From NCBI GenBank assembly GCA_047611865.1, contig JBLFWS010000052.1, positions 1 to 20,437 of the forward strand: a DNA stretch of 20,437 bases, in the 5' to 3' direction. The position numbers and the translations under genes are program-made. Shown one piece after another: positions 1-8,345 of this stretch (positions are counted from its first letter, which is position 1; each line of letters starts with the position of its first letter). The notes beneath the pieces were generated by a model, which searched no databases, was not told the DNA's origin, and worked only from the letters and a program-made list of their open reading frames with translations. The stretch comes from Chlamydiales bacterium. Its GTDB lineage: Bacteria > Chlamydiota > Chlamydiia > Chlamydiales > JBDQID01.

Positions 1-637
1 CAATATTCATATACTGATTACGGCTAATAGCCCCCATGTAACCAAGTACGTGGGCCGCGGAACGCTTTTGAACATAGTATCGCTTCGGGACACGCTCTCC
101 GTAAAGACCCAGCCAATCCTTTTCAAGAATCTTGATCCGAAAATACTCTTTTTCACTGATATCCTCTTTGATAACAAAGGCTGTATTGGGAAAAAGAGAG
201 GCTTTTGAATGAATCAAATCTTCTATTCTTTCAGGATCCATACTGAGTTCCGCACTCAGTAGCTGGGAAAGCTCGGTGATATGCTCACTACGCTTTCTTA
301 TTTTGACACGCTCCCCCTCAGAGTTCTTTTCCCAGGCTATAGAGGGGATCTCCCGAATGTGGGAATAAAAAATAGCCGCATTGAATTGAACTTTGTTCAC
401 CGCAAGAGGAAGGTTAAAGCGATCCCTAATAGTCCCCCTTTCCGCCCTTTCAATCACTACTCTACGCTGGGGCCTCCGGGAACCCGCAAGTCGTTCTTCA
501 TATTGAACCACAGAAAGATGCCAGCAGCGTATGATGATGAAAATCATCACAAGCAGCACCATATTCAAAATTTTATTTGCTTTCGCTGGGATCGACAAGC
601 TTAAATCGCGCGAAGCTGTCTTTCTTTTTGAGGGCAT
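1..637 (-). CDS. pbp2: Penicillin-binding protein 2 (chlamydial PBP2/MrdA-type), 5' portion; runs off the left edge of the window
   Basis: Not in the ORF track; translated by hand from the ATG at 637 with no stop to the edge: MPSKRKTASRDLSLSIPAKANKILNMVLLVMIFIIIRCWHLSVVQYEE...AERGTIRDRFNLPLAVN...KRYYVQKRSAAHVLGYMGAI. It has an N-terminal TM anchor plus the RGxIxDR and 'RxY...AHVLGYxG' motifs of the class B PBP dimerisation domain. Position matches chlamydial synteny. Confidence 0.88.
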   Translation of the reverse strand, partial: MPSKRKTASRDLSLSIPAKANKILNMVLLVMIFIIIRCWHLSVVQYEERLAGSRRPQRRVVIERAERGTIRDRFNLPLAVNKVQFNAAIFYSHIREIPSIAWEKNSEGERVKIRKRSEHITELSQLLSAELSMDPERIEDLIHSKASLFPNTAFVIKEDISEKEYFRIKILEKDWLGLYGERVPKRYYVQKRSAAHVLGYMGAISRNQYMNI

Positions 638-848
638 CAAAACAAAAATCTCATTAGGGTTATCCTGCTAAAAATAACCTTAGCCATAGTTTGATGCAAG
701 ACAGCTGTGAAAAATGGGATGATTAGATGCTGGCATAGCTCCGACACCCTCAACAATAAACTCTCTCCGCAGCAAGTTGATGGAGCTAAAAACAGTATTC
801 AAAATTGCCTAGTGACAAAATAGCCATATTTTGAAGGTGTTTGAGGAT

Positions 849-956
849 AGTGTCGCACCGCTGGTGCTCCCAGTTGTTTTTTACCTGTATACCCGGCCTT
901 GCTCGCAAGCTCGCTACGACCGGGCCTACATAATGCCGCGCCCCTGGCGCTTCGGA
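849..956. repeat. REP-like palindromic repeat, copy 1
   Basis: Closely matches 15797-15905 (shared core ccttgctcgcaagctcgctacgacc..gcctacataatgccgcgcc). Terminal mini-hairpins GCACC-gct-GGTGC and GCGCC-cct-GGCGC, with a central CCCGG/CCGGG stem. Confidence 0.85.
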
Positions 957-1209
957 GAAGAAAGGGGCTGTTGTCAACGCAAAGTGAAAATGTCACCTAT
1001 AAAACTAAGTTGAAATGTCACGTTTGGTTATAATCTTCGGATTCTCTTTCAAAATTGGGAGTGGCAATGGAGATTATACGAATGAGTGAGCCCCCCCCCT
1101 AGCCAAAAAAACCAAAAGAAAAGAGCCTTCGCAGCCAAGATATGAAGACTTAAACCCCATAGAGATTAAAATATTTTCTCCCCTCGTCCCCTTCTGTCCT
1201 TCTCAATCC

Positions 1210-1239
1210 TTGAAACAGGGTAAATCCGACCCATATAAT
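1210..1239 (+). promoter_or_regulatory. Putative sigma66/sigma70 promoter
   Basis: TTGAAA (1210-1215), 18-bp spacer, TATAAT (1234-1239). Confidence 0.4.
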
Positions 1240-1311
1240 ATATGTGATACTAGTCTCTAGAACTCCCCTCAAGTAGATTTCAGAGGTGTTTCTACCGACA
1301 TTCACATAATT

Positions 1312-1340
1312 TTGCCAATAATTGACCCATCCCGTATAAT
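1312..1340 (+). promoter_or_regulatory. Putative sigma66/sigma70 promoter upstream of tRNA-Gly/rpsB
   Basis: TTGCCA (1312-1317), 17-bp spacer, TATAAT (1335-1340). Confidence 0.6.
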
Positions 1341-1436
1341 AATGCCCCTCTGAGGGTCAGATTCCCATGGTTTTTTCACAAATATAGCCTTGTGATTAAA
1401 TGTGGCCTTCATGTATATTTGGGCTACAAATTTCTT

Positions 1437-1507
1437 GCGCCTGTAGTTCAATGGTAGAACAATAGCCTTCCAAGCTATTAGTGTCAGTTCGATTCTGATC
1501 AGGCGCT
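1437..1507 (+). tRNA. tRNA-Gly (anticodon TCC)
   Basis: Cloverleaf: acceptor GCGCCTG/CAGGCGC, D arm GTTC/GAAC, anticodon arm ATAGC-CT TCC AA-GCTAT (TCC at 1469-1471), T loop TTCGATT. CCA is not encoded. Confidence 0.97.
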
Positions 1508-1524
1508 TCTTTTCCTCCCCGCGA

Positions 1525-1724
1525 TACCATACTCATCCTTACGTTTTTTTTTGCTCTGGATGCAGATTGTGGGTGGGCTATAGGATCGGGCTGGATCCTT
1601 TGGGTTTCCCATAAAGACCTTGGCGTTCGCCAAGGAGATAGTCGCAGAAAATTTTAAAATGATAACCAAGACTGAAATCTCGTATTCTAAACGAGATGCC
1701 GGTGTCAACATAAAGGGACAAAGC
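1525..1724 (+). promoter_or_regulatory. Structured rpsB 5' leader (probable S2 autoregulatory / t44-like element)
   Basis: ~200-nt leader with successive hairpins (AGGATC/GATCCT; CCTTGGC/GCCAAGG at 1618-1635; ATCTCGT/ACGAGAT at 1677-1697). rpsB-tsf leaders are established S2-regulated RNAs. Boundaries are approximate. Confidence 0.5.
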
Positions 1725-2531
1725 TTGGCTACTACAGAAGTTACAGTAAAATCACTACTAGAAGCTGGCGCGCATTTTGGTCACCAGAAGCGTCGCTGGA
1801 ACCCGAAAATGAAGCGTTACATTTTCGAAGCGCGTAACGGTCTTTACATCATCGACCTCGCGAAAACCATGCAACAAATTCGTGTCGCTATCGAAGTCGT
1901 AAAAGACGTCGTTACCAACAACAGACCTATCCTCTTCGTTGGAACAAAAAAGCAAGCTAAAGACGTTATTCGCGAAAGTGCTGAACAGTGCGGCGAATTC
2001 TACGTTTCTGAGCGCTGGCTCGGTGGCATGCTTACTAACCTCTCCACTATCCGCCAATCCATCAAGAAACTTGAGCGCATCGAAAAGAAAATCTCTCAGG
2101 GTAGTGAAGGCCTAACGAAAAAAGAAATATCATTGCTTGTTAAGCAACAAGAGAAGCTGAATCGTAACCTTTCCGGTATCCGCGGAATGCGTAAGACTCC
2201 AGGTCTTCTTTTCATTGTAGACCCAAGTCGTGAGCACATCGCTGTTGCTGAAGCAAGAAAACTTGGCATTCCTGTCATGGCTCTTGTAGATACCAACTGT
2301 GATCCTGATCCGATCGACTACGTCATTGCCTGCAATGATGATGCTCTTAAGAGTGTTAAGCTCATTTCACAATCTATTGCACAAGCTGTTATAGAAAAGA
2401 AAAACGAAATGCGCGCTGCCAATTCAAAAGGTGACGAGGAAGAAACTCCTGTTACAGAAGTATCTTCTGAAAAAGAACTAACTCTCGCTGCTCCAAAAAC
2501 TGACAAAACACCTGCTGCAGAGGAGAAATAA
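1725..2531 (+). CDS. rpsB: 30S ribosomal protein S2
   Basis: LLEAGAHFGHQKRRWNPKM, FVGTKKQA, RWLGGMLTN and VDTNCDPD motifs. Start moved to the TTG at 1725 (AAGGGA SD-like site upstream); the track's 1620 start lies inside the leader hairpins. Confidence 0.98.
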   Translation: MATTEVTVKSLLEAGAHFGHQKRRWNPKMKRYIFEARNGLYIIDLAKTMQQIRVAIEVVKDVVTNNRPILFVGTKKQAKDVIRESAEQCGEFYVSERWLGGMLTNLSTIRQSIKKLERIEKKISQGSEGLTKKEISLLVKQQEKLNRNLSGIRGMRKTPGLLFIVDPSREHIAVAEARKLGIPVMALVDTNCDPDPIDYVIACNDDALKSVKLISQSIAQAVIEKKNEMRAANSKGDEEETPVTEVSSEKELTLAAPKTDKTPAAEEK

Positions 2532-2534
2532 ACC

Positions 2535-3395
2535 ATGTCGACTCAAGTCACAATTCAAATGGTTAAAGAACTTCGCGAACGCACAGGCGTAGGCATGAGC
2601 AAATGTAAAGAAGCTCTTACCGAAAGCAAGGGCAACCTCGAAGATGCAGTAGACCACCTCCGCAAAGCCGGTATTGCTTCAGCAGTCAAGAAAGAAGGCC
2701 GTGAAGCAAATGAAGGTGCTGTCGTCAGCAAAGAAAGCGATAACACTATTGCTGTCGTAGAAATTAGTGCTGAAACTGATTTTGTTGTCAAAAACGACAA
2801 ATTTCAGGAATTCGCTTCTAACGTCGCTCTTGATGTAGCTAAAACCAAGCCTGCTGATGTAAGCGCGTTTAGCGATCAGCCTTACTCACAAGATCCTTCC
2901 ATGACAGTCAACGAATTTCGTGCAACTGTTGTACAGAGTCTTGGAGAAAATATTCAGATCAAGCGTATTCATACCACAAGCAAAGAAGAGAATACTTCCT
3001 ACGGAGTATACTCTCACATGGCTGGTAAGATCTTAAGTTTGGTTGTCATCAGCGGTAGCTCCGATGAAGACGCCCTTGCGAAAGGTATCGCTATGCACAT
3101 TGCTGCAGAAGCTCCTGAATACTTGGACGCTGAAGATGTTCCTGAAGCAGCAAAAGCTCGTGAAATGGATATCGCAAAAACTCAAGCTTTGAATTCTGGA
3201 AAGCCCGAAAGCATCGTGGATAAAATTGTTGAAGGAAAACTAAGGTCCTTTTATGACCAAGTTTGCCTTCTTCGCCAAAAGTACGTAAAGGACTCCGACC
3301 TCACTATTGCACAGCTAGTAGCTAAGCATGCAAAAGAAAGCGGAAAGCCTTTAGCCCTTAAGAGCTTTATTCGCTGGAAAGTCGGCCAGAAGTAA
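2535..3395 (+). CDS. tsf: Translation elongation factor Ts
   Basis: VKELRERTGVGMSKCKEAL, AETDFVVKN and IAMHIAA motifs; immediately follows rpsB. Confidence 0.98.
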   Translation: MSTQVTIQMVKELRERTGVGMSKCKEALTESKGNLEDAVDHLRKAGIASAVKKEGREANEGAVVSKESDNTIAVVEISAETDFVVKNDKFQEFASNVALDVAKTKPADVSAFSDQPYSQDPSMTVNEFRATVVQSLGENIQIKRIHTTSKEENTSYGVYSHMAGKILSLVVISGSSDEDALAKGIAMHIAAEAPEYLDAEDVPEAAKAREMDIAKTQALNSGKPESIVDKIVEGKLRSFYDQVCLLRQKYVKDSDLTIAQLVAKHAKESGKPLALKSFIRWKVGQK

Positions 3396-3410
3396 GCCAA
3401 AAGAGTCTAT

Positions 3411-3454
3411 AAAGAAAGGCTGTGAAAATTTCGTTTTCACAGCCTTTTCTTTTT
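3411..3454 (+). terminator. Intrinsic terminator after tsf (A-tract/T-tract, potentially bidirectional)
   Basis: AAGGCTGTGAAAA-tttcg-TTTTCACAGCCTT followed by TTCTTTTT. Confidence 0.8.
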
Positions 3455-3508
3455 ATTTCCCGAAGTCTAGAATGTGCCATACATTACTTGAAACAAGGTC
3501 AGAGTAGC

Positions 3509-4249
3509 ATGGAACAATCTCCCGTTTACAAAAGAATCTTGCTTAAGCTTTCGGGCGAAGCTCTTATGGGATCTCTACAATTCGGAATAGATCCAAAAGT
3601 CTGTAACGAACTAGCGTCAGAAATCCACAACCTCCAAAAAAATGGCGTCGAAATCGGCATCGTCGTTGGAGGAGGAAATATCTTTCGTGGAGTGAAGGGA
3701 AGTTCATACGGAATGGAACGTGCAGCAGCAGACCATGTGGGAATGCTAGCCACTGTTATCAACAGCATTACATTACAACAGACCCTCATGTCTATAGGGT
3801 GTAAAACTCATGTTTTAAATGCCTTAGACAATAACAATGCAACCGAGCCGTACTCCTGGACAAAGGCAATGGAATATCTCGAAGACAAGAAAGTCGTCAT
3901 CTTCGCCGGGGGAACTAGCCATCCCTTTTTCACAACTGATAGCGCTGCTGCATTACGAGCTTGTGAAATCAAAGCTGATATCCTTTTGAAAGCCACAAAA
4001 GTTGACGGCATTTACAACAAAGACCCCGTACAACACCCAGATGCGGTGAAATACGATGAAATCACTTACCATGAAGCCTTGCAGCAAAACCTGCAGGTTA
4101 TGGATGGAACAGCATTCACTTTATGTATGGAAAACAAAATCCCAATTAAGGTATTTAATATTTCCTCAATTAGTAAAGCTGTGTCTAATAAACACTTTGG
4201 AACCCTTGTAAAGGAAGAGTATACATATGAGCGTCACGGACCAAACTGA
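3509..4249 (+). CDS. pyrH: Uridylate kinase
   Basis: [46 protein letters not shown] and KATKVDGIY motifs. Start placed at ATG 3509 because the track's longer start overlaps the tsf terminator. Confidence 0.97.
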   Translation: MEQSPVYKRILLKLSGEALMGSLQFGIDPKVCNELASEIHNLQKNGVEIGIVVGGGNIFRGVKGSSYGMERAAADHVGMLATVINSITLQQTLMSIGCKTHVLNALDNNNATEPYSWTKAMEYLEDKKVVIFAGGTSHPFFTTDSAAALRACEIKADILLKATKVDGIYNKDPVQHPDAVKYDEITYHEALQQNLQVMDGTAFTLCMENKIPIKVFNISSISKAVSNKHFGTLVKEEYTYERHGPN

Positions 4250-4778
4250 AAATAAAATGAAAAGTGCTCTCGAACATCTACGAGAAGACCTCAAATCCAT
4301 ACGTACTGGTAGAGCACATCCCGCTATCCTAGACTCTGTTATGGTCGAAGTTTATGGTGCCAGTATGCGCCTCAAAGACATCGCATCTATCGCCATCCCG
4401 GAGCCAAGACAGCTTTTAATTACTCCTTTCGATCCTAACAATTCTTCCACGATCGGGAAGGCTATCGAAAAAGCAAACCTCAACCTCCAGCCAATCACTG
4501 AGGGCAACGCTGTTCGCATCAACATCCCCCCTATGGATGAAGCACTCCGTAAGGAAATGTGCAAGCTCGTTAACAAGAAAAAAGAAGACGGTAAGATCAG
4601 CATCCGTAACATACGCCGCGAAAGCAACGACCTGATAAAGAAGCAAAAATCTGACGGTGACATCTCTGAAGATCTAGTAAAAAAGATAGAAAAACAAGTC
4701 CAAGAACTCACAGATCAATACTGCAAACAAGCCGATGAAATTGCCGTTGTCAAAGAAAAGGACATTTTAACAGTTTAA
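4227..4778 (+). CDS. frr: Ribosome recycling factor
   Basis: [24 protein letters not shown] and IRNIRR motifs; follows pyrH with a 23-nt overlap. Confidence 0.98.
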   Translation: MSVTDQTENKMKSALEHLREDLKSIRTGRAHPAILDSVMVEVYGASMRLKDIASIAIPEPRQLLITPFDPNNSSTIGKAIEKANLNLQPITEGNAVRINIPPMDEALRKEMCKLVNKKKEDGKISIRNIRRESNDLIKKQKSDGDISEDLVKKIEKQVQELTDQYCKQADEIAVVKEKDILTV

Positions 4779-4789
4779 TCGTTTTGCCC

Positions 4790-4830
4790 TTGCAAGAAAA
4801 TAGCGAGCTTCGCTATACTCTTGCTTTCTT
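4790..4830 (+). promoter_or_regulatory. Overlapping hairpin (possible frr terminator) and putative tRNA promoter
   Basis: TTGCAA (4790-4795)-18 bp-TATACT (4814-4819) lies within the hairpin GCAAGA..TAGCGA-gct-TCGCTA..TCTTGC, which is followed by TTTCTT. Confidence 0.55.
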
Positions 4831-4851
4831 CCACGGCGGAAGTCCCCGATT

Positions 4852-4926
4852 GGCCCCATCGTCTAGCCAGGTCTAGGACACTGGATTTTCATTCCAGTAA
4901 CAGGGGTTCGAATCCCCTTGGGGTCA
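4852..4926 (+). tRNA. tRNA-Glu (anticodon TTC)
   Basis: Acceptor GGCCCCA/TGGGGTC, anticodon arm CTGGA-TT TTC AT-TCCAG (TTC at 4888-4890), T arm AGGGG-TTCGAAT-CCCCT. Confidence 0.97.
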
Positions 4927-4932
4927 TTGCAT

Positions 4933-5006
4933 GGGCCGTTAGCTCAGTTGGTTAGAGCACCTCACTTTTAATGAGGGGGTCGATGGTTCGAGTCCATCAC
5001 GGCTCA
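4933..5006 (+). tRNA. tRNA-Lys (anticodon TTT)
   Basis: Acceptor GGGCCGT/ACGGCTC, D arm GCTC/GAGC, anticodon arm CCTCA-CT TTT AA-TGAGG (TTT at 4967-4969), T arm GATGG-TTCGAGT-CCATC. Confidence 0.97.
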
Positions 5007-5465
5007 TGTCTTTTTTTAGATATGTTCCCCATGCAAGCCATTTCGAATTCGTCTTCCGCCGCTGGTAATTTTTTAGATTCCCCAGTACACACCATATACT
5101 CTTATCTCATTCGTAGAAATGCTTTGTTATAAGCATTTTCTTTACAACGAATGATCGAATACCCCTTAGTTTTTAATTAAATACCTCTCTACAAATCAGA
5201 ATAGAATGAAGCTTTCATAAGCGTGGCGCTATCTCGGCCCAAGTCGACTCCGTAGCAAAGCGAGAACACAGAAAACTTTTACGTTTCACTTATTACAAAT
5301 TGAAATTCGAGTACAATCTGAAGTTAGAACTTCCCAAAAAATAATTCACCATCACATAAACTTACACCCCTTACGAAGGGACCGTCTTTACATATTTATC
5401 TGAATGCCTTAACATTTGAAAATAAAGAAAAGTAATTTCAATTTTATAAAAGGTTTGGCTGAGCA

Positions 5466-6122
5466 ATGACTGAACATCATAGTGATGAAGCGGAAGACCT
5501 TCCGGATGAAATCAACGTCTCCGATATTCCCACTCCAAAACAATTCTCACTGCAGCCGCTAGATTCTAGCGAGCGCCCTCTAGAATGCAGCGAATGCAGG
5601 AAAGAAGTTGAGGTATATTATAGTGAGATTATTGGCAGCACCATCATTCGTACGTGTATGTGCAAAGAATGCCCCATTTTAGATCAACGCCTACACGGTC
5701 AGCTTGCTGATAAGGCTACTGAAACATCCATTGGAATGGGTGCAGGCCTCTGCTGTGGAAATTGTGATACTACCCTGGAAGCTGTGCGTACAGGCAACCC
5801 ATTAGGCTGTGAGGACTGTTATGATGTCTTCTCCGATGTTATTGTAATGGAGATGCTTGTATCAGGAAAAATCTCTCAGCGTGTCCAAATGGATAAGTCT
5901 CGCAAATCTGTTCCTTTGCATATAGGCTACGCTCCAGGGGAAAAGATTACGACAAATCCATCGTTGCGCTTAATTGCTTTAAACGAAGCTCTTAACGATA
6001 CCCTTGCCCGCGAAGAATACGAACAAGCCGCTTGGATTCGAGATCAAATCAAAGAACTCGAAGATAAATCTGAACCCGAGAACCAGTCCGAACAAGCGGA
6101 GCAGCGTGATGAAAAAAAATAG
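5466..6122 (+). CDS. mcsA: McsA-like protein (CxxC zinc fingers + UVR domain)
   Basis: CSEC, CKEC, CGNC and GCEDCY motifs; C-terminal UVR helix EEYEQAAWIRDQIKELE; directly upstream of the McsB-like gene. Confidence 0.9.
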   Translation: MTEHHSDEAEDLPDEINVSDIPTPKQFSLQPLDSSERPLECSECRKEVEVYYSEIIGSTIIRTCMCKECPILDQRLHGQLADKATETSIGMGAGLCCGNCDTTLEAVRTGNPLGCEDCYDVFSDVIVMEMLVSGKISQRVQMDKSRKSVPLHIGYAPGEKITTNPSLRLIALNEALNDTLAREEYEQAAWIRDQIKELEDKSEPENQSEQAEQRDEKK

Positions 6123-7194
6123 TAAAGTGGAAGACGTTACCAAGCTCAGCAAGCCTTGGGTAAACAACGACAACAATATTTGGATTGCCTCAACTCTTAA
6201 GCTCTATCGCAATATTGCCAAGTTTAAGTTTCCCGCAAAGCTTGACAGCCAGGGAAGAGTTCAGAGTATCAATATCATCAAAAGAGCCCTTGAAAAGGTC
6301 AGCTCATTAAAAGATCTCACGCTCATAAAAGCTAAGGATAGCAATCCTCACCAAAAAGAATTTATCTACGAGCACTTTCTTTCCAAGGAAAATTACCTAC
6401 ATGCTCACAGCGGAGAAGCCTTCATCTTGGATGATACCGGAGAAGTCCTTTTAACCATTAACATTCGTGACCACATACATCTTCAGCTCACAGATTGCAG
6501 CAATGATTTGGAAGAAACATGGAATCGATTGATTAAAATGGAGGTTGATCTAGGCGAATCTATAGAATACGCCTTTAACAGCAAGTTTGGATTTCTTAGC
6601 TCCGATCCCGAGCATTGCGGAACAGGTCTCCTTGCACAAATCTACATGCATGTTCCGGCCCTTATCCTGACCTCTCAAATTGATGAAATCTTGGAGAAAC
6701 AGAATAAAAAAAATGTTAAAATTTCAGGCCTTCAAAGCGATGAAACTAGCTTAATTGGAGATATCGTCTCCTTGCATAACGAGCAAACTCTTGGCTTAAC
6801 GACAGATGATATTATTTCTACTATGCATTCTGCTGCGACTAGCTTCCTAATCGCAGAAAAAAGCTGTAGAACTAAAATCAAAAATGAAAATTCTCCGGAA
6901 TATCGTGACAAAGTCAGCAGAGCATTTGGTCTTCTTTTGCATTCTTATCGTTTAGAAACTCAAGAAGCTCTAGAAGCCTTAAGTTTATGTAAACTTGGTA
7001 TCGACTTGGAATGGATCAAGAGTATTGACCATAAGGATATAAACAATCTTTTCTTCAGCTGCCGAAGAGCACACCTACAAGGATTGTTTGAAGAAGAAGT
7101 TAGCAAAGATCAACTTCCCGAGAAACGATCGGAATTGGTCAAGTCTATCCTTAAGAAAGCAAAGCTCGTGGCGATTTCAACGAAGGGTAGGTAA
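6109..7194 (+). CDS. mcsB: McsB-like ATP:guanido phosphotransferase family protein (protein-arginine kinase homolog)
   Basis: KLYRNI..FKFP, DH.HLQ, YAFNSKFGFLSSDP..CGTGL, HVPAL, N.QTLGLT and DKVSRAFGLL motifs. Start placed at ATG 6109, overlapping the mcsA stop. Confidence 0.9.
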   Translation: MKKNSKVEDVTKLSKPWVNNDNNIWIASTLKLYRNIAKFKFPAKLDSQGRVQSINIIKRALEKVSSLKDLTLIKAKDSNPHQKEFIYEHFLSKENYLHAHSGEAFILDDTGEVLLTINIRDHIHLQLTDCSNDLEETWNRLIKMEVDLGESIEYAFNSKFGFLSSDPEHCGTGLLAQIYMHVPALILTSQIDEILEKQNKKNVKISGLQSDETSLIGDIVSLHNEQTLGLTTDDIISTMHSAATSFLIAEKSCRTKIKNENSPEYRDKVSRAFGLLLHSYRLETQEALEALSLCKLGIDLEWIKSIDHKDINNLFFSCRRAHLQGLFEEEVSKDQLPEKRSELVKSILKKAKLVAISTKGR

Positions 7195-7204
7195 TATCTA
7201 TGAT

Positions 7205-7224
7205 GCGGTGACTAGGGTCACCGC
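7205..7224. terminator. Hairpin between the convergent mcsB and 7238-8137 genes
   Basis: GCGGTGAC-tagg-GTCACCGC, a perfect 8-bp stem with only a weak U-tract. Confidence 0.55.
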
Positions 7225-7237
7225 TCTTCCACAAAAT

Positions 7238-8137
7238 TTATTGCCGCACTTTCTGCGTCACAGAATTAAATAAATTGCCATTGAACCATGTCTGATGGGT
7301 TTCGTAAATCAATCCCATTTTGCTATAGAAATGTTTCCGCCATCCGCTTCCATTTTTCCCAGAGAAGTCTTCTTCCTGTATGATATCTCCAGCCAAATTA
7401 AAGGACTTCGCTCTACCGGTTTTTGAAACAACATAGGACGCTTCATCTTTATATAGGTTGTACTCCAATTCTTTAATTTTCATTCCGTCTTCATCATACC
7501 AAACCTCTATCGCTAATAGAGGTTTATGATAAGACATAGAAAAAACGCTTTCTTCCAAGTATGAATGTCCCCCTGCTGAGGTTTCATCCCATTCGGCTTT
7601 ACTGGAAGGAAATTCTATTCCTACGGCTACTTCCCCATTCACATAGTACTGCTCCCATGTATTGATAGGAACACCGTGTTCATAATCCTGCACTTCCAAG
7701 AGTTGGCCGGCATCGGTATACCATTTTCGTACACCATGGAGCTTTCCTTCTTCCCATTTGGACTCCATAGTTAACATACCATAATCATTATAGCTTTCTG
7801 TTCTCCCCTGTAATACTAGCCGGTTGTTCATTAGTCGAAAACGCTGTACCAAAGCCACTCTTTCCAAAGGCCTATTATCTTCGTGATCATGAAAATAAAT
7901 TTTCCAGACACTGTTCACAAAAGGGACTGTTAAATGCTTCATATGGCCACTAGGAAATTTTTCCATCACTAATCCCGGGGCATCTAGATTCACATCCAAC
8001 TGCTCATTACCAATGTTTATTTTGAGAAGCATGCTGATAGGGTCTACACTCGTGGCATGATGTAGATCTGCACTAAGTAGCAAGGATGCGCAAGCAATTG
8101 ATCCAATAAGTAAAAACACATTCTTTATCGCTTTCAT
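7238..8137 (-). CDS. Secreted/periplasmic protein with MORN-variant (YwqK-like) repeats
   Basis: Signal-peptide-like N-terminus (MKAIKNVFLLIGSIACASLLLSA). Repeats WEEGKLHGVRKWYTDAG, YEHGVPINTWEQYYVNG and LVLQGRTESYNDYG. GGGGG SD-like site upstream. Confidence 0.7.
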   Translation of the reverse strand: MKAIKNVFLLIGSIACASLLLSADLHHATSVDPISMLLKINIGNEQLDVNLDAPGLVMEKFPSGHMKHLTVPFVNSVWKIYFHDHEDNRPLERVALVQRFRLMNNRLVLQGRTESYNDYGMLTMESKWEEGKLHGVRKWYTDAGQLLEVQDYEHGVPINTWEQYYVNGEVAVGIEFPSSKAEWDETSAGGHSYLEESVFSMSYHKPLLAIEVWYDEDGMKIKELEYNLYKDEASYVVSKTGRAKSFNLAGDIIQEEDFSGKNGSGWRKHFYSKMGLIYETHQTWFNGNLFNSVTQKVRQ

Positions 8138-8345
8138 CCCATCCCCCTAATAGATGCCATAATATCAGTAGATATATCGGATAAAGGGTGTTGGAAATTT
8201 AGCCATAATTGCTGTAAAAATCTGAGGTAAGTTTCTACAGCCTCTTCTGAAGCTCCTCTCAAGATTGCAAGTTACTACCTTTCAATTGGATAGGTAAACA
8301 CTACTAAGTATATGTATCTTGAAAATATTCTCTCCGTGAAGAGAA

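Noticed and set aside
281..604. 107-aa + strand ORF
   Set aside because: Antisense shadow of the pbp2 frame on the - strand, which has clear family motifs.
786..1013. Three short overlapping ORFs (60-65 aa), plus 15794-15976 and 8346-8552
   Set aside because: They run through GC-rich palindromic repeats that lack stop codons by chance; their similarity to one another comes from the DNA repeat.
1620..1724. 35-aa N-terminal extension of S2 (likewise the longer starts of pyrH, mcsB, thiO, thiG and thiF in the track)
   Set aside because: Longest-ORF artefacts. Downstream starts have SD-like sites or match family lengths, and the extensions overlap leaders, terminators or upstream genes.
4227..4249. 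23-nt pyrH/frr overlap as a possible frameshift
   Set aside because: Both proteins are full length; ordinary translational coupling.
5220..5270. GC-rich patch that vaguely resembles a half-arm of the MITE
   Set aside because: The similarity is too short and there is no partner arm.
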